A stretch of DNA of 64,000 nt from Candidatus Aenigmatarchaeota archaeon (GTDB lineage Archaea; Aenigmatarchaeota; Aenigmatarchaeia; GW2011-AR5), in the NCBI GenBank assembly GCA_016198685.1, contig JACQID010000004.1, positions 37,160 through 101,159 on the forward strand. Reading direction: 5' to 3'. Below, one piece after another: positions 10,117 to 19,356 of this stretch. Position numbers and translations under genes: made by a program. The number at the start of each line of letters is the position of its first letter. Position 1 is the first letter of the stretch. The notes beneath the pieces were generated by a model, which was not told the DNA's origin, made no database searches, and worked only from the letters and a program-made list of their open reading frames with translations.

Positions 10117-10862
10117 TGCGAAGAGATGTTATGATCATGGATTGACTCGAAGCTTATGCACTTGATATGACATTGCCTTCGCGGATATTCGGCCTTCAGT
10201 TCAGCCGCGCATTTACGTACAACGTCCTCCACAAACATGGGGTTTTGGTGGATTTTTTCCACAACCGATTTTTCTTGCGGGCGTTTCAGCAAACTATATG
10301 TCGGTGAACTAAAGCACGAATTGCATATATCAATAAGATAAGCGTGATTTATTGGGGCCCCCGTAGTGTCCAATCGTAGTTGCAATTCACCGCGTTGGTT
10401 ATGCGTCAGCCCACCAGTCAATTCTTTTGAACATGGGCATGCTAAGATGCCTTTCAATGAAAGCTCTATGGTTCTTTGCTTTGTTCTCGTATCATAAGTA
10501 GCGCAAACGTTTACTATAGCAGTTTCCTTTCCCCCAGAAACGTTTCTTTTATGAAATGGCATTATGCCAGAAACCTTCGTTTCGCAATGATAGTGGTGTT
10601 TTTCCAGTATGCTCTTTGCAAGGGTCTCCGCGACGTCTTCAATGGAATGCATATTTGAACTCAGGTTGTGTATAGATTCAATGAACCTGCTCATGTGGGC
10701 ACCCCTTTGATGAGCCGGCAAAGTGACGTATGCGTCAATGGACATTACGCATTGATATGCATCTGAGTCACTGCCTACAATTATGAGTTTTTTTACGTTT
10801 TCTACCCCCACGCGGGATAGCTCTAATGGATTTGCGGGTACAGAATTTTGAACATCTATCAT
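10098..10862 (-). CDS. folE2: GTP cyclohydrolase FolE2/MptA (type IB)
   Basis: DUF198/FolE2 signature ...QRGAHMSRF... About 250 aa. First gene of the folE2-queD-queE operon. Confidence 0.7.
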   Translation of the reverse strand: MIDVQNSVPANPLELSRVGVENVKKLIIVGSDSDAYQCVMSIDAYVTLPAHQRGAHMSRFIESIHNLSSNMHSIEDVAETLAKSILEKHHYHCETKVSGIMPFHKRNVSGGKETAIVNVCATYDTRTKQRTIELSLKGILACPCSKELTGGLTHNQRGELQLRLDTTGAPINHAYLIDICNSCFSSPTYSLLKRPQEKSVVEKIHQNPMFVEDVVRKCAAELKAEYPRRQCHIKCISFESIHDHNISSQWEGTL

Positions 10863-10984
10863 TCTTTATCTATGTAGTTCAACAATTAAAATCTTCTATT
10901 CAGCAATATATTGCAAATTCGAGAAAATAACCACTTCGGCATCAATGATAAGTTTCGAGAGGTACTTTTTGGCGGGGTGACTCA

Positions 10985-11105
10985 TGCACCATCCGGGATT
11001 TGAACCCGGATCACGAGCTGTTTCCATGCTATTTTAATACAGCATACGATGCAGCGAAGTTGCGGGCATTGGGAAGCTCGAATCCTGCCATTAGACTAAT
11101 GGTGC
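10985..11105 (-). tRNA. tRNA-Gly(CCC) with a ~50-nt intron at the canonical 37/38 position
   Basis: Hand-folded. Acceptor GCACCAU/AUGGUGC, D stem GUCU/GGAU, anticodon stem CGAGC/GCUCG, loop UUCCCA|intron|A, T arm CCGGG-UUCAAAU-CCCGG, discriminator A, no encoded CCA. Confidence 0.5.
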
Positions 11106-11132
11106 TTTTCTGATAAGTTTTCTAGAAAATAC

Positions 11133-11456
11133 TTAAGTGTGATTTCTAGTCCTAAGCAGGCGGATCCTTTTCGAGAATAAAATTTTTTCAAGAACTTTTG
11201 CATTATAATCCGGCTGGCCATCAGAGTTGAAAATGCCAGAATAAAAAGCTCTTACGGTCCTATATTGCTCATGTCTTGGAACTTTGGCATTCGATGCCAT
11301 AGGCTCGATCTCCAATGTATAGCCTATATGGTCCTTAGGCATTTCCCTTGACACTACAAAATAATAGACAGCTATTTTGTTTTCTCCTTCGCTTGTCCAT
11401 ACTACTTCATGAACGGTACCCCTGCGTCTGACATAGATCGGCCCATCCGTAGACAA
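11133..11456 (-). CDS. hypothetical protein
   Basis: 107-aa ORF; the reading frame stays open upstream without an ATG, so it may start at a non-ATG codon. Confidence 0.3.
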   Translation of the reverse strand: MSTDGPIYVRRRGTVHEVVWTSEGENKIAVYYFVVSREMPKDHIGYTLEIEPMASNAKVPRHEQYRTVRAFYSGIFNSDGQPDYNAKVLEKILFSKRIRLLRTRNHT

Positions 11457-11637
11457 GAAATATGATTCATGGTTGTCTATGACAGTATAGAAATCGGAGC
11501 TATAGGCTCTTGCCCGAAAGCCGTTACGCCTGAGTCTTCATGCAAATTCAGACGGCATTATGAAGGTAACTTTTAGAATAATGCATATTCCAGGAGAATA
11601 AAATAATATCATATGCGATTAGTTCCTTAAGAAAGAA

Positions 11638-11760
11638 TCAGCCTTTGCCGTATTCTGCGGCGCATTTTTTGCAGACATACGTCTTCGTGCCGTAAAATCT
11701 GTGCTCATTCATATCCTTTTCGTCAAATTCGCCGCCGCAGGAATCGCATTCTTTGCGCAT
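11638..11760 (-). CDS. small zinc-ribbon protein (40 aa)
   Basis: MRKECDSCGGEFDEKDMNEHRFYGTKTYVCKKCAAEYGKG: two CxxC pairs. Translated by hand; absent from the ORF track because it is under 60 aa. Confidence 0.35.
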   Translation of the reverse strand: MRKECDSCGGEFDEKDMNEHRFYGTKTYVCKKCAAEYGKG

Positions 11761-11839
11761 CCTACAAAATTAGCCTTGCCGCTTTATATTCTTGTCGCCC
11801 GCTTGCAACATTATAAACGGATATGCGGATAGTAGGCCT

Positions 11840-13162
11840 ATGCGGCTCAGAAGAACTGTGGGTGTCTGGGGCGCGACATCCGTAGGAATTGCTAATATCA
11901 TTGGCGCAGGCATATTCGTACTGAGCGGTGTCGCCGCAGGCATTGCCGGGCCATCCGTTATATTATCATTCTTTATCGCAGGCTTCATAGCGTTGATGAC
12001 CGCGCTCTCGGCAGCCGAACTTTCATCGCTAATAACCGAAACAGGTGCCAGTTATGCCTTTACCAAGAAAGCTTTCGGCAGGTTTTGGAGTTTCCTCGTA
12101 GGCTGGTTCAAGTATTTTGATTATACTGTCGGTGCCGCCGCTGTATCCGTAGGCTTTGCAGCGTATTTTGCCGCGTTTTTCGGAATGAACGGGCCCACTG
12201 CCTTGGCATTATCGGCCGTTGGCTTGCCGGTCGCGCTTACTATTCTGAATCTGATTGGCGTACGTGAAACCGCCCGGGCTACTGCAGCGATGGTTTTTGT
12301 TAAAGTCTTTGCGCTAGTCCTGCTTGTGATGCTCGGGATTTTTTATCTTGGGCAGAATTTCAATGCCTCTCATTATACGCCGTTTTTTGTCAATGGCTTG
12401 GGCGGCACACTTGAAGCTGCTGCTGTAGTATTCTTCGCGTTCCTTGGGTTCAATACCGTGAGCATGATGTCCGAGGAAACGAAAAATCCTGAGAAGACTA
12501 TTCCGCGTGCATTAATGATAGCTTTTTTCGTCTCATTCATACTTTATATGGCAATAGCGGTGGTGGAAATCGGAGTTCTGGACTGGAACACCATGGGATC
12601 AACAGCATCTCCCTTGATAGAACTTGCGGCAGCGTTGACGTCTAACCGGATGTTCATGGACTTTATTGCATTCTCTGCCATGGTAGCAACAGGTTCTGTA
12701 GCCCTGAGCTCAATGATAGGTGGCACGAGAACGAGCTATGTGATGGGGCGCGATGGCCTTCTTCCGCGCCAGTTCGAATCTGTCAGCAAACGGTTCGGAA
12801 CGCCTTATATTTCCATACTTGTCAGCGGCATGATAATTACAGTACTTGCAGGACTTTTCGCTGATAATATAGCACTCATAGTTTCAATCGTGAATTTCGG
12901 AAGCCTCTTCACTTACATGTTTACTCATTTATCGTTAATAAGATTGCGCCACCTCATGCCTAAGGCAAAGCGTCATTTCAGAGTTCCCGCTTATCCAGTC
13001 GTGCCTATTATCGGAATAATAAGTTGCCTTTTTTTCATGTTTTATCTCAGTGTTGATGCCAAGGTGGCAGCAATGTTATGGGCAGCTATAGGGATTGTTG
13101 CATATGCGGTTTTTCACACTAAAAGAAGCAAAGTTCCTCTAGGATTTTTAGTCAAGGATTAG
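11840..13162 (+). CDS. APC-family amino acid permease
   Basis: 12-TM hydrophobic profile, GAGIFVL motif. Start set at MRLRRTVGVW. Ends with a TAG stop. Confidence 0.7.
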   Translation: MRLRRTVGVWGATSVGIANIIGAGIFVLSGVAAGIAGPSVILSFFIAGFIALMTALSAAELSSLITETGASYAFTKKAFGRFWSFLVGWFKYFDYTVGAAAVSVGFAAYFAAFFGMNGPTALALSAVGLPVALTILNLIGVRETARATAAMVFVKVFALVLLVMLGIFYLGQNFNASHYTPFFVNGLGGTLEAAAVVFFAFLGFNTVSMMSEETKNPEKTIPRALMIAFFVSFILYMAIAVVEIGVLDWNTMGSTASPLIELAAALTSNRMFMDFIAFSAMVATGSVALSSMIGGTRTSYVMGRDGLLPRQFESVSKRFGTPYISILVSGMIITVLAGLFADNIALIVSIVNFGSLFTYMFTHLSLIRLRHLMPKAKRHFRVPAYPVVPIIGIISCLFFMFYLSVDAKVAAMLWAAIGIVAYAVFHTKRSKVPLGFLVKD

Positions 13163-13188
13163 GGTATTGTTTCTTAGAATAAATTTAA

Positions 13189-13261
13189 TGGGCCCGCTGT
13201 GATTTGAACACAGGCCTCGGCCACCCCAAGGCCGGATCCTACCAAGCTAGACTACAGGCCC
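13189..13261 (-). tRNA. tRNA-Pro(GGG)
   Basis: Hand-folded. Acceptor GGGCCUG/CGGGCCC, anticodon stem CGGCC/GGCCG with loop UUGGGGU, T arm CUGUG-UUCAAAU-CACAG, discriminator A. Confidence 0.7.
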
Positions 13262-13422
13262 CGCATTTTGTATAATTAGTCCGGCAGCAAAATATAAGTA
13301 TGGATGAAATAACCTGCGTACTTGGGAGGAAGATAGGATTCACGAAGGAAAATGGCTACATATCGTGATGCGCCATCCTGAGATGGAAGGCAAGGAGACG
13401 GAAATAGCGGAAACTCTCAAGA

Positions 13423-14349
13423 ATGCCGATTTTGTGCAGAGAAGCGCGTACAGCAGTGATGCGCTTCTCTATTACAGAGGCATCCAAATCAAACGGTATT
13501 TTGTGGTTGTGGTGGCTTTGTTTAAATACTTTTAGAAAATTGAGTATAAGGGTGTTAAATGTGCCTTTAGGTCATGGCGAAATTATTATTCCAAATATGA
13601 TGGATATGCAATTACTCATGGATATTTATAATGTATCTCCAAGTAGCCGTAGAGGCCTAGATAGCGGAGAGTTGTCTGCATTGAGAGTAATTTCAAACGC
13701 CCCAAAAACGAGTAATGTATTCTACGGAATTGAGATCGGGCCGTTTGGCGGGCAGACCCGCCCATATACTGCGCATTTTGCGGATCTTCAGCCGCATGAC
13801 AAGCCCCTTACAATGAGAGAATTAGTGGGGCTGTTCTATGGACTTTATGGTGTTGCACCTTCAAATGATGTGATAGACAGTATTGTCCGTATTCAAGATT
13901 TGGTGGATCAAGATCGTGCAAATCCGCCATTTTTCCGCAAAGGATTAACTCCGCATGAATACGCAGATTCTTTAATTGTGGACGGAAGAACATGCATACA
14001 AAGACCTATAATACAAATGACTGGTGCTGATAGGATAGACTATGCAGGAGGAGATAAATCAAGAATAAAACTCCCGCCCTCGGGATGGGTAGGTGAATTT
14101 GATGAGACGGGTCTTCCCTACAAAACTTTCCGTAATAGGCGTGATGCTGAACAAGCCTTAGGTAATCACGCGCCTTATTTTGACGGCAACTTTCGCAAGA
14201 ACGGCGCAAATGTTTTAGTGCGAGCTTATAACATGAAAAGAAAAGCGCCGTTCACAATAACCGCCGTGCCTTTGAATCAACGAGATCCGGAGATAGGCGT
14301 ACGGAAAACAGCCCTATACATAGCACCTTCTGCAGTTAACGCTGTTTGA
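13423..14349 (+). CDS. hypothetical protein (start uncertain)
   Basis: 308-aa ORF immediately downstream of tRNA-Pro; no recognisable motifs; first ~60 codons look non-coding. Confidence 0.3.
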   Translation: MPILCREARTAVMRFSITEASKSNGILWLWWLCLNTFRKLSIRVLNVPLGHGEIIIPNMMDMQLLMDIYNVSPSSRRGLDSGELSALRVISNAPKTSNVFYGIEIGPFGGQTRPYTAHFADLQPHDKPLTMRELVGLFYGLYGVAPSNDVIDSIVRIQDLVDQDRANPPFFRKGLTPHEYADSLIVDGRTCIQRPIIQMTGADRIDYAGGDKSRIKLPPSGWVGEFDETGLPYKTFRNRRDAEQALGNHAPYFDGNFRKNGANVLVRAYNMKRKAPFTITAVPLNQRDPEIGVRKTALYIAPSAVNAV

Positions 14350-14446
14350 AACGTTGCAGTTTAGCCCTTTTCGTGTTTTAGCGGAAAAGATAGTGCAGGC
14401 GTTTGCGATTGATATAATTGATTTACAATAATTAAGTTAGGCGCCC

Positions 14447-15748
14447 TTGCGTGCTTTGTTGCCGGATCTTAGCGATAATGCCGATATTCATAAACTCAAC
14501 GTGACAAAGTATGATATGACAAATTTGCCGAAGCGTGAATTACCTGCCAACAGCGGCTTCTCCGAAGAATTCCGAATCATGGGGACTTTTTACATTATAA
14601 ACTTCCTTGAAGGGGCGGCAGCTCTCATACTGCCTTATTGGGTGCTTTATTTCTCGGAAATCGGGCTTTCATTTACCCAGATTTCCCTCTTAATCTCTGC
14701 ATCATTTATGGCATCGCTTTTCTTTGAGGTTCCTACAGGCATCATAGCTGATGTATATGGGCGCAAGGTTTCCGTTGTGCTAAGCTTCTTTCTTTGCGGC
14801 TTTGCGTTGATGGCAATATCATTTACGCGAGAATTCGGGATTATCGCGGCATTGTTCTTCTTCATGCAGGCATCGAATACATTATCTACAGGAGCATGGG
14901 ATGCATGGCTGGTTGATTATGCGAAGCGCGAAGGGGGGCGAAAGCTAGTGAATACGGCAATCTCAAAAGCCCATGCATTCACCCTTGCAGGCACATTTTT
15001 AGGGTTTCTAGTTTCCGGCCTCCTCGTTACGGCTATCGGACTTTCAATGCTTTGGGTTATTACAGGGTTGCTTACCATGGCAGGAGGAATCTATGCTCTT
15101 CTATACGGGAAAGAATATTTCGTTCGGCGCAGAGTAAAGATGTCCGATTTACTGAATCATGCTGTTCGGCAAAGTGTAAAGGGCAGCAAATACATGGCAT
15201 CGCATAATGTGATTTTGTATCTCGTGCTAGGAACCGCATTCTTAGGTTTTTTCACGGCAGGTGAGATAGCATGGCAGCCCTTCCTCAAAGACATAGGCAT
15301 GCCAATAGCTTATTTAGGCCCGCTTTTCGCCGTAGCATCGCTCATAGGAATCATATTCTCTGCATTGAGCCCTACGTTTGTTCGTTTGGTTGGCTCCCAG
15401 AGGAATGCTCTCATAATTTCCATTGTCATGATGAGCATATTATTCCTAATTATCAGCGTTGTTTCCGATTATTTGCTTGCAGCCGCCATATATGTTGCTT
15501 TGGCATCCATAGGGGCTCTATACTATCCTTTGCGCGAGGCGTATTTCCATAAATTTGTTCCTTCGCATAGCAGGGCAACTATGGGCTCGATAAAGAATGT
15601 GGTTTACAGCATCGTGGGCATAATCGCATTATTCATAGGAGGGGTGATAGCCGATTCCTACGGGCCTCAGGCAGCTTTGGTCGCATGTTCGATATTGATA
15701 TTGCCTGCGATATTTTTCTATGGAATGATAAAGGAATCAAGGAAGTGA
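14447..15748 (+). CDS. MFS transporter
   Basis: 12 predicted TM helices, and a DVYGRK motif between TM2 and TM3 that is typical of MFS transporters. Confidence 0.65.
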   Translation: MRALLPDLSDNADIHKLNVTKYDMTNLPKRELPANSGFSEEFRIMGTFYIINFLEGAAALILPYWVLYFSEIGLSFTQISLLISASFMASLFFEVPTGIIADVYGRKVSVVLSFFLCGFALMAISFTREFGIIAALFFFMQASNTLSTGAWDAWLVDYAKREGGRKLVNTAISKAHAFTLAGTFLGFLVSGLLVTAIGLSMLWVITGLLTMAGGIYALLYGKEYFVRRRVKMSDLLNHAVRQSVKGSKYMASHNVILYLVLGTAFLGFFTAGEIAWQPFLKDIGMPIAYLGPLFAVASLIGIIFSALSPTFVRLVGSQRNALIISIVMMSILFLIISVVSDYLLAAAIYVALASIGALYYPLREAYFHKFVPSHSRATMGSIKNVVYSIVGIIALFIGGVIADSYGPQAALVACSILILPAIFFYGMIKESRK

Positions 15749-15758
15749 TATACGCGGC

Positions 15759-16190
15759 TTATTCTCTGCCCTTTATTTTCATTGCTTCAGGCATTTTATT
15801 CTCATCCATGTAGAAAATTTCCCATATATGACCGTCAAGATCTTCGAATGCTCCTCCATACATCCATCCACTATCCTCAATCGGCCTGAATTCTCGGCCG
15901 CCTGCCTCGATAACTTTCTTCATCATTTCATCGACTGCCTTTTTGCTATCGAGAGTCAGAGCGTTGAGAACTTCTGTACTTCTTTTCGCATCAGAAATTT
16001 CTTTGCCCGGAATAAATGTCTTGAAGAATTTCTCAGCTAAAAGCATGGCATATATGCCTTTTCCAAGGATAAGACAACCGGCATTTTCATCTGTAAATTC
16101 AGGTCTAAAGGTAAATCCAAGTGCGGAGAAAAACTGCTTTGTTTTGTTAATGTCTTTTACTGGCAGATTGACAAAAATTTCTTTTACCAT
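15759..16190 (-). CDS. VOC/glyoxalase-bleomycin resistance family protein
   Basis: 143 aa; N-terminal PVKDINKTKQFFSALGF beta-alpha-beta-beta-beta module. Confidence 0.55.
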   Translation of the reverse strand: MVKEIFVNLPVKDINKTKQFFSALGFTFRPEFTDENAGCLILGKGIYAMLLAEKFFKTFIPGKEISDAKRSTEVLNALTLDSKKAVDEMMKKVIEAGGREFRPIEDSGWMYGGAFEDLDGHIWEIFYMDENKMPEAMKIKGRE

Positions 16191-16236
16191 ATTGATACAA
16201 CACTTTGAATCTTATTAAAGTTTTATTCTCGAAATA

Positions 16237-16788
16237 TTATTTACTATTATTTCTGAAACAGGTCTTTAGATGGTCGTTCGTCATGCCTGTTGCCTGCATG
16301 AAAGCATAACATATGGTCGAGCCGACAAAGCGAAAACCTCTTTTTCGCAGTTCTTTGCTGATGGCATCGGATTCATCGCTTGTTGCCGGTATCTGGGAAA
16401 CCGAAGTAGGAGTTCTATGTTTTTTGTTTGCGAATTTCCATATATATTTGTCAAATGAGCCGAATTCTTTTTGGACGGCAAGAAATGCTCTTGCATTTGT
16501 TATTGCAGCCTTGATTTTGAGTTTGTTCCGTATTATCCCGGGGTTGGAAATAAGCTTCTGAACTTTCTTTTCATTATACTTGGCTATTGTGTTAGCGTCA
16601 AAATTATCAAATGCCATGCGGAAATTCTCCCGCTTTTTGAGTACAGTCGACCAGCTAAGGCCGGCTTGGAAAGCTTCCAGAATAAGGAACTCGAAGAGCT
16701 TCTGGTCATTATGCACAGGAACGCCCCACTCCTTGTCGTGATAATCTACCATTAAAGTATCCGTGCCGGCCCATTCGCACCTTTGCAT
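16237..16788 (-). CDS. tag: DNA-3-methyladenine glycosylase I (Tag)
   Basis: CEWAGTD...YHDKEWGVP...EAFQAGLSW Tag signature. Confidence 0.7.
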   Translation of the reverse strand: MQRCEWAGTDTLMVDYHDKEWGVPVHNDQKLFEFLILEAFQAGLSWSTVLKKRENFRMAFDNFDANTIAKYNEKKVQKLISNPGIIRNKLKIKAAITNARAFLAVQKEFGSFDKYIWKFANKKHRTPTSVSQIPATSDESDAISKELRKRGFRFVGSTICYAFMQATGMTNDHLKTCFRNNSK

Positions 16789-16835
16789 GTACAATCTTAG
16801 GTGAGAAATTTAAAAAACAAGCGCCAATACATCAT

Positions 16836-17258
16836 ATGAAATGGTTTATTATGACTTTGACAGCCGTTATATTGATTATTTTTATCCTGGCGCCCCTTGA
16901 CGGCAGCGAAGCGGAATTGAGTTCGGTAAGAGTGGGAAACATGGAGTACAAAGTGGAAATTGCAGATTCCTATGACGAAAGAACAGCGGGTCTGATGCAT
17001 AGGCCTTTGCTTGAAGAGGATCATGGAATGTTGTTTGTATTTCCGAACGAAGATTATCATCCTTTCTGGATGAGGAATACTCTGATACCGTTGGATATAA
17101 TATTTATATCGGCCGATCTTCGCGTCGTGGATACAGTTTCGCTCCGGCCATGTGTTGAAACCTGTGAAGCCTATGTGCCTAAAGAGAAGGCCTTATTCGT
17201 GCTTGAAGTTAATAGTGGCTCAGGAATAGCGAAAGAAGAAAATGTTGTTATAGGATAA
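16836..17258 (+). CDS. DUF192 (COG1430) family protein
   Basis: Signal/TM N-terminus, GLMHRP...GMLFVFP motif. Confidence 0.5.
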   Translation: MKWFIMTLTAVILIIFILAPLDGSEAELSSVRVGNMEYKVEIADSYDERTAGLMHRPLLEEDHGMLFVFPNEDYHPFWMRNTLIPLDIIFISADLRVVDTVSLRPCVETCEAYVPKEKALFVLEVNSGSGIAKEENVVIG

Positions 17259-17270
17259 GAGAGCGGATAA

Positions 17271-17873
17271 TTACCCGAGGGCCTTTTGTATGTCACTGAA
17301 AACTACGTCAACCGCCCGCATAGCATCTATTGTCTTCAGGATTTTCTTTTTCTTGTAATAATCAATGAGCGGTTTCGTTTCTGTGTGATAGATTTCCAGC
17401 CTTTTTTCCATTGCCGCTGGCTTGTCATCGTCCCTCTGGTATAATTCCCCGCCGCAGGCGCCGCATTTTTTCCTCCCTTCAGAATATATCTTGCCGCAAT
17501 CCCTGCATTGGCGTCTTTTGGACATCCTCTCGATAGCTATTCTATCGTCCAATTCAAGAAGTATGGCGGCATCAAATTTTTCATTGAGCATCTCTGCCTG
17601 GCGCGTATTGCGGGGAAATCCGTCAAGTACTACGCCTTTGGAAGAATCTCCCTTTGAAAGCCTTTGCTTGAGTATGCCAACCGTCAATTCATCCGGCACG
17701 AGCTTGCCTGCATTCATTATTTCTTTCATTTTCTTGCCGATATCGGTGTTGTTTTTTACTTCTTCCCTCAGAAGATCTCCCATGGAAATGTGAGGGAGTC
17801 CGTATTTTTCAGAAAGCATGGACGCTTGAGTTCCTTTGCCAGAGCCAGGAGGGCCTAGAAGCACGATTTTCAT
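17271..17873 (-). CDS. adk: adenylate kinase (long, zinc-lid type)
   Basis: GPPGSGKGTQ P-loop. Lid CRDCG...CGACGG zinc site. Confidence 0.85.
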   Translation of the reverse strand: MKIVLLGPPGSGKGTQASMLSEKYGLPHISMGDLLREEVKNNTDIGKKMKEIMNAGKLVPDELTVGILKQRLSKGDSSKGVVLDGFPRNTRQAEMLNEKFDAAILLELDDRIAIERMSKRRQCRDCGKIYSEGRKKCGACGGELYQRDDDKPAAMEKRLEIYHTETKPLIDYYKKKKILKTIDAMRAVDVVFSDIQKALG

Positions 17874-17882
17874 TGTTCCACC

Positions 17883-18434
17883 TTATTCATCGTATTGAGT
17901 TGTTTTGAAAAGTTTATCAACCTTTTCATACAATTCTCCAAGAGTTCCGTTGTTATTTATCTTGAAATCATCATATTGCAAAGCCTGGGTATATCCCAAT
18001 TCCTCCTCCCGTTTCTCCTGCCCTTCAAATTCTTCAAGAGTCTGCGGGTCTCCGGCTCTGCCGCGCGCAAACATCCTTTCAAATCTTTTTTCTGCGTCGG
18101 CTTCTATCAGAATTATTTTCATCTTGCGAAACATATTCTTCAGCGGAAGCACATCACCTTCTGTTCGCATTTCCTTGATAATGATTTTTGGGCCGCTTTC
18201 CGCCACTTTTTTCATGATTATGTTCGTAAAATAGTCGCCCCCGTACCGATCGCGATATTTCTTGCTTACTGCCTGCATGTTAGCCCTGGTTAGTTCAAGG
18301 CCCTCTTTTTCGGTCACTTCTTTCACGGCATCCCGGAATGCGACCACCGCATAGCCGTACTTTCTTGCGATGTATTCGGCAACAGTATCCTTGCCAGCGC
18401 CTATTCTCCCGATAATGCCGATTATTTTCTGCAT
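17883..18434 (-). CDS. P-loop nucleotide kinase (UPF0200/dNMP-kinase-like)
   Basis: IGIIGRIGAGKDT Walker A; about 180 aa; adjacent to adk. Confidence 0.5.
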   Translation of the reverse strand: MQKIIGIIGRIGAGKDTVAEYIARKYGYAVVAFRDAVKEVTEKEGLELTRANMQAVSKKYRDRYGGDYFTNIIMKKVAESGPKIIIKEMRTEGDVLPLKNMFRKMKIILIEADAEKRFERMFARGRAGDPQTLEEFEGQEKREEELGYTQALQYDDFKINNNGTLGELYEKVDKLFKTTQYDE

Positions 18435-18461
18435 TAGATCATTTGCCCTTTAACCCTTAAA

Positions 18462-19321
18462 TCAGAACGAAAGCGCGATTATGCCTGCTACTATGAAAAA
18501 CAGCGCAAGATATTGATGGCTATCGAGCTTCTCTTTGAGGAAGAACCGCGCGTAAAGAACGCTGATTACGGGAGCCGCAAATGCAAGCGGCCCTACTATA
18601 CTGACATCGGCTGCGACAATGCCTGCGTTATATGCTCCCACACCTACAGCCGCAAGAAGGCTTACTATGACTATGCTCTTTGCAGCTTTTCCGTTTATAG
18701 GCTTCAATTTACCCGTTCCGACCGCAATCAACGCCGCAAAACCCCCTACACCTGCCTGCGTCACAATTGCGGTAAACATCGGCCCCATTCCGGAAGCAGG
18801 ATACTTCAAAAGAAAGAAATATGCGCCCCACAAGATAGATGTGATAAGAGCGTAATGCACGCCTGCGTGACCGTTCTTCAGGTCGCCGGGCTTAAGAGAC
18901 ACAAGTATTACTCCAAAAATTATGGCAGCTACTGAAAGAAGCTGCAGCCCGGCAAGGACTTCTCCAAGAATCAGACCGAAAATATCGCAGTAAACACACC
19001 GGCAGAATTTGCAACAGGCACGATGACGCCTATTTTACCAGCTTCCAACGCCTTATAGAATGTGAACAATGGCGCAACGCCAAGAAGGGCTATTCCCATG
19101 GCTATGATTATATGCTCTATTGACAATATGAAACCTGCAGGATATAGCAGAAATGCTGGGACAAGCAACGCTGCGCTTATCAATGACTGGTATACGATGA
19201 GGTTCAGTTCGCCGGTCTTTTTTACGACGTTTTGAACCAATGCATTGTTAAGGCCGAACCCTATCATGGCAAGAATACCAAGCAGTATTCCGGTCTCGGC
19301 AGCCATCTTATGAAATGGCAT
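18462..19321 (-). pseudogene. EamA/DMT-family transporter interrupted by a 1-nt frameshift
   Basis: The N-terminal EamA domain (18971-19321) ends ...NSAGVFTAIFSV*. One base out of frame the sequence continues DIFGLILGEVLAGLQLLSVAAIIFGVILVSLKPGDL into the second EamA domain (18462-18902, GTG start in the ORF track). The shift lies in an A/T run near 18975-18985. Confidence 0.55.
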
Positions 19322-19356
19322 CGTGGCGTTTTAAAGCATCGCTGGTAATTAGGATA

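Noticed and set aside
13263-13600. Possible structured ncRNA downstream of tRNA-Pro (imperfect gatgcgcc/gatgcgct repeats)
   Set aside because: The repeats are short and imperfect, and no convincing stem-loops could be built by hand.
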